The notes below the pieces were generated by a model. The model saw only the letters and a program-made list of their open reading frames with translations, was not told the DNA's origin and made no database searches. 64,000 bases of DNA from an uncultured bacterium. Lineage in GTDB: Bacteria; Krumholzibacteriota; Krumholzibacteriia; JACNKJ01. A program made the position numbers and the translations under genes. The stretch is taken from assembly GCA_963695095.1 (NCBI GenBank), contig CAVOFT010000001.1, positions 2,368,001 through 2,432,000 of the forward strand. Reading direction: 5' to 3'. Shown here piece by piece: positions 51,615-59,643 of the stretch. Within the stretch, counting starts at the first letter, position 1. Every line of letters begins with the position of its first letter.

Positions 51615-51947
51615 CTACATCGCAGCGGTCTTCTTCCGGGCCGGCTTCTTGGCGGCCTTCCTGACCGTCTTCTTGGCGGCCTTCTTCTTGGCGACCTTCT
51701 TCTTGGCGACCTTCTTCTTGGCGGTCTTCTTGACAGCCTTCTTGGCGGCCTTCTTGACCGTCTTCTTGGCGGCCTTCTTCTTGGCAACCTTCTTCTTGAC
51801 GACCTTCTTCTTGGCAGCCTTCTTGACGGCCTTCTTGGCGGCGGTCTTCCGGACAGCCTTCTTCACGGTCTTCTTGGCGGCCTTTCTGACCGTCTTCTTG
51901 GCGGCCTTCTTAGGGGCGGCCTTCTTGGCGACTCTCTTCACAGCCAT
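51615..51947 (-). CDS. Histone H1-like Lys/Ala-rich nucleoid protein
   Basis: 110 aa almost entirely KKAA/KKTV/KKVA units; AGGAGG before ATG; followed by a terminator. Confidence 0.88.
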   Translation of the reverse strand: MAVKRVAKKAAPKKAAKKTVRKAAKKTVKKAVRKTAAKKAVKKAAKKKVVKKKVAKKKAAKKTVKKAAKKAVKKTAKKKVAKKKVAKKKAAKKTVRKAAKKPARKKTAAM

Positions 51948-52103
51948 TGTACCCTCCTAGGCAGGGAAAGCGGATTGCTCAATGGAGCCGATTGCCTAGC
52001 GACTCCGTTGCCAGAGATATCGGATGCTCGCGAAAATTGTAAAGGGAAAATTCTGCCTTGGGACGATTTTCGACAGCATGCGGGTCTCGGCGAGACCGCG
52101 CTG

Positions 52104-53180
52104 CTACTCCTCGCCGCCGCCTCGCTGCGCGGCGAGTGCGCCTTCGATGTTCGCCTCTTCGATGCGCGGCGCCCCGGTGTTGAGTCCGCGCAGCACGAGG
52201 TGCGCGCGCTTCCAGGGCGTCTCCTGCTTGAGGTAGAGCGATTGCGCCGCCAGCTCGCGGCGCTGGAATTCCTGCTGTCGCCTCTCGCGCGCCTTGCCCG
52301 TCAGGCCCGCCAGGGCGAGCTCGAGGGCGTGCTCGAAGTCGCTCACCAGGTAGATGCGGAAATCGTAGAGGCCGAAGTAATCGGCCTGGAAGAGGAAGGG
52401 ACCTTCCAGGATGACGATCGCTCCGCGCTCGAGCTGCAAGCGGCGCTTGCCGGCGCTGCGATCGCGGACGGGGTCGAAGACCTCGTACTGCAGTTCGCAG
52501 GGCAGCTCGCGCGCCTGCCGCAGCGGCAGGAGCAGTTGCGTCTGCAGGCGGTCCAGCGCGTAGTGCCGGCGGTAGAGGCCCTCCGCTTCCGGATAGCCCT
52601 TCGCCCGGCGCTCCTTCTTCTCCGCGGTGAATTCCGCCAGCGGCACCTGCTCGACGTGGAGGCCGAAGCCGGCGAGGCGCTCCCCCAGCGCGGCGGCGAA
52701 GCTGGTCTTGCCCGACTTGTCGATGCCGTTGATGCCGACCAGGAAGGGCCGGCCCTCGCGCTGCCGCCGCACTTGGAGCAGCGCGGTCACGGTGTCGCGC
52801 AGGACCAGCGCGCGCTTCGAGAGCTGCTCGGCGACCGGCAGGCCCGGCACGGTCGCGAAAGCGGGCAGGCCGACGCGGCGGGCCCAGGCCAGGACGCGCT
52901 CGCGATCGCTGAGCACGAGGGTGGCGGCCAGCCGACCCGCTTCCCGCGCCCGCTCGAGCTCGCCGAGGCCGCCGTCACCGTCGCCGCCGGCCAGGGCCTC
53001 GGTGCCCGCGGCCGCGGCCGCCGCATCGGGCGGCGTCTCGAAGAGCAAGAGCCGGCAGTCCGGCCGCGCGGCGCGCAAGGAGGCCAGCAGGGCGTCAAGG
53101 GCGGCGGGGTCCGCGGCGAGCTGGGCGTCGACGAGGATCTGGCTGCACTCGCTGCCCATCAGCACCGGCGACTGGCTCAT
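52104..53180 (-). CDS. Uridine-kinase-like P-loop protein with unassigned N-terminal domain
   Basis: LVGINGIDKSGKTSFA, VILEGPFL, YDFRIYL, PWKRAHLVL; ATG overlaps the upstream stop. Confidence 0.7.
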   Translation of the reverse strand: MSQSPVLMGSECSQILVDAQLAADPAALDALLASLRAARPDCRLLLFETPPDAAAAAAGTEALAGGDGDGGLGELERAREAGRLAATLVLSDRERVLAWARRVGLPAFATVPGLPVAEQLSKRALVLRDTVTALLQVRRQREGRPFLVGINGIDKSGKTSFAAALGERLAGFGLHVEQVPLAEFTAEKKERRAKGYPEAEGLYRRHYALDRLQTQLLLPLRQARELPCELQYEVFDPVRDRSAGKRRLQLERGAIVILEGPFLFQADYFGLYDFRIYLVSDFEHALELALAGLTGKARERRQQEFQRRELAAQSLYLKQETPWKRAHLVLRGLNTGAPRIEEANIEGALAAQRGGGEE

Positions 53181-54451
53181 CAGAAAGGTCCTGTCGTCGG
53201 GTTGGGGCCGAGGCTGACCAGGGTCAGGGTCTCGGGCGCCAGGTAGGCGGCGGCCAGGCGCTGGATGTCCTCGCGGGTGACGGCGTCCACGCGCGCCACC
53301 AGCTCCTCGACGCCGATGAAGCGGCCCTCGTTCAGCTCGTTGCGGGCCAGGCGGCTCATGCGCGCGGTGACGCTCTCCATGGCCAGCAGCAGGTTGCCCT
53401 TGAGCTGCATCGTCGTGTCCTGCAGCTCCGCGGCCGTGCAGCCCTCGGCAATGAGCCGCACGTACTCGTCCAGCGTGAGCCGGATGGCCTCTCCGCTCTT
53501 CGCGGGCGAGACGGCCATGTAGCTGCCCAGCAGCCCGGTATCCGTGGCGAAGTCGGCGAAGCTGTAGATGTTGTAGGCCAGGCCCGCGCGCTCGCGGATG
53601 GACTGGAAGAGGCGGCTGCTCATGCTGCCGCCGAGCAAGGTGCTGAGAACGAGCAACCCGTAGCGGTCGGGGTCGCTGCTGCTGACCGCCTGGCGCCCCA
53701 GCCACAGGTGCTGCTGCTGCAGGTCCTTCGTCACCACGCGCAGGCCCCGGCGCGCGGGCGGCGGGGGGCTGCCGTTGCGGCTCGGGGCCGCTCCCGGCGG
53801 CACCGCGAACCAGCGCTCGACGCGCGCTCGCATTTCGTCGTGCGCCAGCGGCCCCACCACAGCCACGATCAGATTGCCGGCCCGAAAGCGCTCGGCGACG
53901 AAGGCCGTCAGGTCCTCGCGCCGGAAGGCCTGCACGGAGCTCTCGCTGCCCAGGATGGCCCGCGCGAGCGGGTGCTCGCCGAAGACCTCCTCGGCGGCCA
54001 GTTCGTGGATGAGATCGTCCGGGTCGTCGAGAACGTTGCGGATCTCCTCGATCACCACCTGCTTCTCGATCTCGATCAGCTCGGATTGCAGGGAGGCGTT
54101 GCCGAGCATGTCGCCGAGCACGTCCAGGGCCGTGTCCAGGTAGTCGGCCAGCACCCGGGCCGAGAAGCAGGTGAGTTCCTTGGTCGTGAAGGCGTCGAGC
54201 TGCCCGCCCAGGCGGTCCATGTCCAGGGCGATGTCCAGCGCGCTGCGCCGGCCGGTGCCCTTGAAGACCATGTGCTCGAGGAAGTGCGTGATGCCGTGGC
54301 GACCGGCGCCCTCGTCGCGGCTGCCCGTGTGCACCCAGGCGCCCACGGAGACCGAGAGAGCGTCCGGCACGCATTGCGTAAGCAAGGTGACCCCGTTGTC
54401 CAGGGTCACCTTGCGGATGTCCTCACGGCGCGAGTAGTCGCTGGTGTTCAT
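53180..54451 (-). CDS. M16 (pitrilysin) family zinc peptidase
   Basis: GSRDE..GITHFLEHMVFKGT (HxxEH), SSRLFQSIRERAGLAY; typical position after pnp. Confidence 0.93.
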   Translation of the reverse strand: MNTSDYSRREDIRKVTLDNGVTLLTQCVPDALSVSVGAWVHTGSRDEGAGRHGITHFLEHMVFKGTGRRSALDIALDMDRLGGQLDAFTTKELTCFSARVLADYLDTALDVLGDMLGNASLQSELIEIEKQVVIEEIRNVLDDPDDLIHELAAEEVFGEHPLARAILGSESSVQAFRREDLTAFVAERFRAGNLIVAVVGPLAHDEMRARVERWFAVPPGAAPSRNGSPPPPARRGLRVVTKDLQQQHLWLGRQAVSSSDPDRYGLLVLSTLLGGSMSSRLFQSIRERAGLAYNIYSFADFATDTGLLGSYMAVSPAKSGEAIRLTLDEYVRLIAEGCTAAELQDTTMQLKGNLLLAMESVTARMSRLARNELNEGRFIGVEELVARVDAVTREDIQRLAAAYLAPETLTLVSLGPNPTTGPF

Positions 54452-54456
54452 GGGGC

Positions 54457-56538
54457 CTAGCGGGCGGCCGCCTCCAGGAGCACCTTGCGGCTCAAGCGGA
54501 TCTTGCCGGCCGTGTCGATGTCGACCACCTTCACCTGCACGCTGTCGCCCACCTGGAAGACGTCCTCCACGCGCTCGATGCGCTTGTGGTCGATCTCGGA
54601 GATGTGCAGCAGGCCGTCGGTGCCCGGCAGGATCTCGACGAAGGCGCCGAACTTGGTGATCGTCTTCACCTTGCCGTCGTAGACCTTGCCCACCTCGGCC
54701 TCGGCCGTCAGGTAGTGGATCCACTCCACCGCCGCATCGCTGCTCTCGCCGTTCACGGCGGCGATGCGCACGGTGCCGTCGTCCTCCACCTCGATCGTGG
54801 CGCCGGTCTCCTCCTGGATGCGGCGAATGGTGGCGCCGCCCTTGCCGATCACGTCGCGGATGCGCTCGGTGCTGATCTTGATGCTGGTGATCTTGGGCGC
54901 GTGGCGGCTGACCTCCGGCCGCGCCTCGGGCAGGGCGGCATCCATCACGTCGAGGATGTGCAGGCGCGCCGTGCGCGCCTGGGCCAGGGCGTCCTTCATC
55001 ACCTGCTCGGGCAGGCCCTCGATCTTGGTGTCCAGCTGGAAGGCGGTGATGCCCGCCCGCGTGCCGGCCACCTTGAAGTCCATGTCGCCGAGGTGGTCCT
55101 CGAGGCCCTGGATGTCCGTGAGCACGCGGAAGCGCTCGCCGTCGGTGACCAGGCCCATCGCCACGCCGGCCACGTGGGCCTTGAGCGGCACGCCGGCATC
55201 CATGAGGGCGAGGCTGCCGCCGCAGACCGTGGCCATCGAGCTGGAGCCGTTGGACTCCAGGATGTCGCTGACGACGCGGATCGTGTAGGGGAACTCGTCC
55301 TCGCCCGGAATCAGCGGCCGGAGGGCCCGCTCGGCGAGGTTGCCGTGGCCGATCTCGCGGCGACCGGTGAAGAAGCGCCCCACTTCGCCCACGCTGAAGC
55401 CGGGGAAGTTGTAGTGCAGCATGAAGCGCTTGAAGTACTCGCCCTCGAGGTTGTCGATGCGCTGCTCGTCGCGGCTGGTGCCCAGGGTGGTGGCTACCAG
55501 GGCCTGCGTCTCGCCGCGGGTGAAGAGCGAGGAGCCGTGCGCACGCGGCAGGAAGCCGGACACCGTGCTGATCGCCCGCACCTCGTCGAGGCGGCGGCCG
55601 TCGGCCCGCAGGGATTCCTCGAGGATGAGCCGGCGCATGGCCTTCTTCTCCACCTCGCCGAGGAAGTGCTTGATCCAGCGCTCGGCGCCCGGATAGGCCT
55701 CCGCCAGCGCGGCGAGGGCCTTGTCCTGGATGGCGTCCAGGCTCTGCTGCCGCTCCTGCTTGCGGGGGTTGCGACCGAGGCGATCGATCTCGGCGCCGTA
55801 GTCGGCCGCGATACGCTCGGCCAGGCCCGCGGGCGGCGTCGGCAGCACCAGCGGGCGCTTGGCCGGTTCGCCGGCCTTGGCGAAGAGCTCGCGCTGGAGG
55901 GCGTTGAGCCGGCGGATGTGCTCGTGGGCGAAGGCAATCGCGGCGAGCATCTCCGCCTCCTCGATCTCCATCGCCTCGCCTTCCACCATCATGATGGCGG
56001 TGTCGCTGCCGGCGACGACGACGTTGAGGGGGCTGGCCTCGGTCTCTTCGAGGCTGGGATTGACCTTGAACTGCCCGTCCACCTTGACCACGCGCACGCC
56101 GCTGACGACGCCGCCGAAGGGGATGTCGGACAGGCCCAGGGCGGCGCTGGCCGCCGTGATGGCGAGCACGTCGGCCTCGTTCTCCTGATCGTAGCTGAGA
56201 ACGGTGGCCACCACCTGCGTCTCGGCCATGTAGCCGTCGGGGAAGAGCGGCCTGAGCGGCCGATCCACCAGCCGCGCGGCCAGGGTCTCCTTCTCCGAGG
56301 GTCGCGCTTCGCGCTTGAAGTAGCCGCCGGGGATCATGCCCGCGGCGTACTTCTTCTCGCGGTACTCGACGAAGAGGGGGAAGAAGGACTTGTCGGGATC
56401 GTTGTCCTTGGCGGCGACGACGGTGACCAGCACCAGCGTCTCACCGAGGCGCGCGAGCACGGAGTTCGCCTGCTTGGCGATCTGACCCGTTTCCAGGGCA
56501 AACTCCTGCCCCGACAGTTCTAGACTGACTTTCTGCAT
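54457..56538 (-). CDS. pnp: Polyribonucleotide nucleotidyltransferase
   Basis: FFPLFVEYREK, HGSSLFTRGETQ, LESNGSSSMA, DHLGDMDFKVAGT, KH and S1 domains. Confidence 0.97.
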   Translation of the reverse strand: MQKVSLELSGQEFALETGQIAKQANSVLARLGETLVLVTVVAAKDNDPDKSFFPLFVEYREKKYAAGMIPGGYFKREARPSEKETLAARLVDRPLRPLFPDGYMAETQVVATVLSYDQENEADVLAITAASAALGLSDIPFGGVVSGVRVVKVDGQFKVNPSLEETEASPLNVVVAGSDTAIMMVEGEAMEIEEAEMLAAIAFAHEHIRRLNALQRELFAKAGEPAKRPLVLPTPPAGLAERIAADYGAEIDRLGRNPRKQERQQSLDAIQDKALAALAEAYPGAERWIKHFLGEVEKKAMRRLILEESLRADGRRLDEVRAISTVSGFLPRAHGSSLFTRGETQALVATTLGTSRDEQRIDNLEGEYFKRFMLHYNFPGFSVGEVGRFFTGRREIGHGNLAERALRPLIPGEDEFPYTIRVVSDILESNGSSSMATVCGGSLALMDAGVPLKAHVAGVAMGLVTDGERFRVLTDIQGLEDHLGDMDFKVAGTRAGITAFQLDTKIEGLPEQVMKDALAQARTARLHILDVMDAALPEARPEVSRHAPKITSIKISTERIRDVIGKGGATIRRIQEETGATIEVEDDGTVRIAAVNGESSDAAVEWIHYLTAEAEVGKVYDGKVKTITKFGAFVEILPGTDGLLHISEIDHKRIERVEDVFQVGDSVQVKVVDIDTAGKIRLSRKVLLEAAAR

Positions 56539-56659
56539 TGTACCTCCGAGGTCCTGGATAGGGACCATGATGGATAGAGGGGGACCTTCCCCCTTCCCCG
56601 CTGCAAGCAGCAGGGTCGGGCGCCGACCCTCGGCGCCCCTTGCGCTCGCCCTCCGACGT

Positions 56660-56929
56660 CTAGCGCCGCAGGCCCAGCGACTTGACCAGCTCGCGGTAAG
56701 TGTCCAGCTTGTTCTGCTTCAGGTAGTCGAGCAGACGGCGCCGGCGGCCCACCAGCTTCATGAGGCCGCGCCGCGAGTGGTGATCCTTGGTGTGGATCTT
56801 GAAGTGACCGGTCAGCTGGTTGATGCGCTCCGTCAGCAGGGCTATCTGCACTTCCGCGGAGCCGGAGTCCCCCTCATGCAAGCGGAACTTCTCGATGATG
56901 CTCTTCTTGGCATCGGACTCAAGTGCCAT
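56660..56929 (-). CDS. rpsO: 30S ribosomal protein S15
   Basis: [27 protein letters not shown]; 89 aa. Confidence 0.97.
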   Translation of the reverse strand: MALESDAKKSIIEKFRLHEGDSGSAEVQIALLTERINQLTGHFKIHTKDHHSRRGLMKLVGRRRRLLDYLKQNKLDTYRELVKSLGLRR

Positions 56930-57001
56930 CGTCAGTATACCTCCGGGTATCTTCGAGCAGACGCGATGGCGGCAGGCGCAACGCACCCACCTAATGGCGG
57001 C

Positions 57002-57030
57002 AAACTAGCACAGTGCCTATCGGCTGTAAA
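57002..57030 (-). promoter_or_regulatory. Promoter for rpsO-pnp
   Basis: TTTACA-17 nt-TAGTTT with extended TG. Confidence 0.6.
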
Positions 57031-57039
57031 TAGGCGGAC

Positions 57040-57984
57040 CTAGAGCGGGAAAAGCCCGGCGGCCAGGCGCCGGCGCGCCTCGGCCACGTCGGCAGCGATG
57101 GCCGCCTTCAGGGCGTCCAGGCCCGGGAAGCGTTCCTCGGCTCTAAGCCATTCCAATATCTCCACTTGCAGCTCCAGACCTCTCAGCTCGCCAGGCGGCT
57201 GGAGCAGGTGCAGCTCCGGCACGAAGCGCCCGCGCAGGGTGGGCGCGAGGCCCAGGTTCAAGAGGGCCGGCAGCCAGGAGTCCTGAGCCGGCCAGCGACA
57301 GCGGGCCAGATAAACGCCGAGCGGCGGCAGCAGCTTCTCGGGCGGCGGCGGCGCGAGGTTGGCCGTCGGGAAGCCCAGTGGCGCCCCCCGCCCGGCGCCC
57401 GCCTCGACCCGGCCGGTCAGCGGGAAGGGCCGGCCCAGCGCGGCGCGCACGGCGTCCAGGCGACCCGCAGCCAGGTCGGCGCGGATGTGACTGCTGCTGA
57501 CGATGCGGCCGTCGCTGTAGCAGGGCGTCACGACCTCGACGCGATAGCCCAGGTGCTCGCCGAGCGCGGCCAGGGCCTCGGCCGAGCCGCCGCGCCCGCG
57601 GCCGAGGTGGAAGTCGTAGCCCACGACGAGCTGCTGCATGCCGAGAGCCCCCACCAGGCGCTCGCGGGCGAAATCGGCGTAGTCCGTGGCGGCAAGCTCG
57701 GCATCGAACTCGAGCACGAGGAGCTCATCCAGGCCCGTGGCCGCCAGGGCCGCGACGCGCTCCTCGAGAGTGAGCAGGAGGCCCGGCGCCCGCTCCGGGC
57801 GCAGGAGGGCCAGCGGATGCGGCCAGAAGGTCAGCGCGAGGGCGGCGTCCAGCCGGCGGCGGCGCGCCGCGGCCGTGAGCGCGGCGAGGATGCGGCGATG
57901 GCCGGCGTGCACGCCGTCGAAGACGCCGAGGGTGATGGCGCGCCGCGCGGCGGGCAGGCCGGCCAGGCCGCGATAGACCTGCAT
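57040..57984 (-). CDS. ribF: Riboflavin kinase / FAD synthetase
   Basis: GVFDGVHAGH, VVGYDF, VSSSHIR, GFPTAN. Confidence 0.95.
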   Translation of the reverse strand: MQVYRGLAGLPAARRAITLGVFDGVHAGHRRILAALTAAARRRRLDAALALTFWPHPLALLRPERAPGLLLTLEERVAALAATGLDELLVLEFDAELAATDYADFARERLVGALGMQQLVVGYDFHLGRGRGGSAEALAALGEHLGYRVEVVTPCYSDGRIVSSSHIRADLAAGRLDAVRAALGRPFPLTGRVEAGAGRGAPLGFPTANLAPPPPEKLLPPLGVYLARCRWPAQDSWLPALLNLGLAPTLRGRFVPELHLLQPPGELRGLELQVEILEWLRAEERFPGLDALKAAIAADVAEARRRLAAGLFPL

Positions 57985-57987
57985 CGC

Positions 57988-58894
57988 CTAGCCCCCCAGT
58001 TGCCGGCGCAGGGAGAGGCGCGGGGCATCGTCCCCCGCCTCCGTCCTGGCCAGCGCGAGCAATTCAGCCGCCGGAGAGAGCACGCGCAGCCAGGCGCCGG
58101 GCGCCGGCAGGGGCTCCTCCCAGGAGAGGTCGCCGGGCGCGGGCTGGGCGCCGAAGCGCAGGCGACGGGCATAGTCCTCGGTGGCCACGGCGGCCGGCAG
58201 GGAGGCCAGCGCCTCGTCGAGCGGCAGGCCGGGCGCCTCGGGCGCGTCGCCCTGCGTCAGGGCCGCGAGGCTCTGCGGCCTGCTCGATGCGGAAGGGTCC
58301 GGAGGCCAGGCGGCGCAGGGCGGCCAGATGGGCGGGCACCCCGAGGAGCTCGCCCAGATCTCGCGCCAATGCACGGACATAGGTGCCGGTACTGCAAGCG
58401 ATTTCGAGATCGAGATCGCGGCCGTCGAAGGCGAGCTGCTCCAGGCGCTCGATGCGCACCGGGCGCTCGGGCAGGCTGGCGGCGTCGAGCCGACCGCTGC
58501 GCGCCAGCTTGTAGAGGGGAACGCCGCCCTGCTTGATGGCGGAAAAACCGGGCGGGCGCTGGCTGCGGCGGGCGGCCAGTTCGGCCAGGGCGGCCGCGAG
58601 GGCGGCAGGGGCGATGGCGAAGGCATCGAGGCTGGCGATCGCCTGCCCCTGGGCGTCGTCGGTGTCGGTGGCGCTGCCGAAGCGAACGCAGCCGCGATAG
58701 AGCTTCCCATGGCCCACGAAGACCTCGGCCAGGCGGGTGGCCTCGCCGGTGAGCACGAGCAGGAGGCCGCTGGCGGCCGGGTCGAGGGTGCCGCAGTGGC
58801 CGGCCCGCTTCTCGCCCAGCGCGCGGCGGAGGCCGGCGACGACGTCGTGGCTGGTCGGCCCGACCGGCTTGTCGACGAGCAGCAAGCGGCCCAC
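57988..58894 (-). CDS. truB: tRNA pseudouridine(55) synthase (frameshift near 58277)
   Basis: DKPVGPTSHD, GHCGTLDPAASG, CSTGTYVRALARD. Confidence 0.93.
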
Positions 58895-58896
58895 GC

Positions 58897-59334
58897 TCAG
58901 CGCTCCGCGTCCGCGGCATCTCCCGCCGTCTGCTCGCCCGCGGCCTCGTCGGCGGCAGGCGCCGGCTCCTCGCCCGGCTCCACGTCGATCAGGGCCTCGA
59001 CCCGGTTGTACTGATCCAGGCTGTGGTCCTCGCGGAAGCGCAGCTCGGGCGCCGTCTTCGTCTTGAGGGTGCGCCCCAGGCCGCCGCGCAGGAAGCCGGC
59101 CGCCTGGCGCAGTCCGCGCAGGGCGTTGGGCCCGCCCCCCATCGTGTAGACCTTGGCCACCGAGAAGTCGTCGTTCAGCTCCACGGCGGTGACCACCAGG
59201 TCCTCGACACGGGGGTCGCGCACCTCGCGCAGGAGCAGGTCCGAGAGCACTTCCATGATGTGGTTCTCCAGGCGGCGCTTGACGAGGCCGCTGCCGCCCT
59301 GGCCGCTAGGGCCGCTGTCCTGGCTCGTGCTCAT
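58897..59334 (-). CDS. rbfA: Ribosome-binding factor A
   Basis: EVRDPRV, DFSVAKVY, PELRFRED; synteny. Confidence 0.92.
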   Translation of the reverse strand: MSTSQDSGPSGQGGSGLVKRRLENHIMEVLSDLLLREVRDPRVEDLVVTAVELNDDFSVAKVYTMGGGPNALRGLRQAAGFLRGGLGRTLKTKTAPELRFREDHSLDQYNRVEALIDVEPGEEPAPAADEAAGEQTAGDAADAER

Positions 59335-59337
59335 GGG

Positions 59338-59619
59338 CTACCAGTACTCCTTCTCCTCGGCAATGAGCGTCACGCGCGGCTCGCGGGCGAGGATGGCGTG
59401 GATTCTCTCGTACTGCGCATCGCCCTGGGCGCGGTTGTCGACCACGGCCGCCACGCCCAGCCGGGCCCGGTCGTGGATGTCCCGCGGCGCCACCTCGCTC
59501 ACCGACAGATTCAGATCCCGGCGCAGGCTCGCCTTGAGGCGCTCGAGCACCGAGCGCCGGGCCTTGAGGCTCCGGCAGCCCGGGATGCCGAGGTCCAGCG
59601 TCAGCACCAGCACGCGCAC
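59338..59619 (-). CDS. DUF503 (YlxP-like) protein
   Basis: SLKARRSVL..NLSVSEV; between infB and rbfA. Confidence 0.85.
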   Translation of the reverse strand: MRVLVLTLDLGIPGCRSLKARRSVLERLKASLRRDLNLSVSEVAPRDIHDRARLGVAAVVDNRAQGDAQYERIHAILAREPRVTLIAEEKEYW

Positions 59620-59643
59620 GCGACATCGCCTCCCGGGCGGCGC

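Noticed and set aside
51514..51960. Plus-strand Phe/Leu/Ala-rich 'membrane protein'
   Set aside because: It is the antisense of the lysine repeats; the SD and terminator support the minus strand.
56569..56659. Hairpins between rpsO and pnp as an RNase III or attenuator site
   Set aside because: Stems such as AGGGTCGG/CCGACCCT are present, but there is no U-tract and short GC stems arise easily at this composition.
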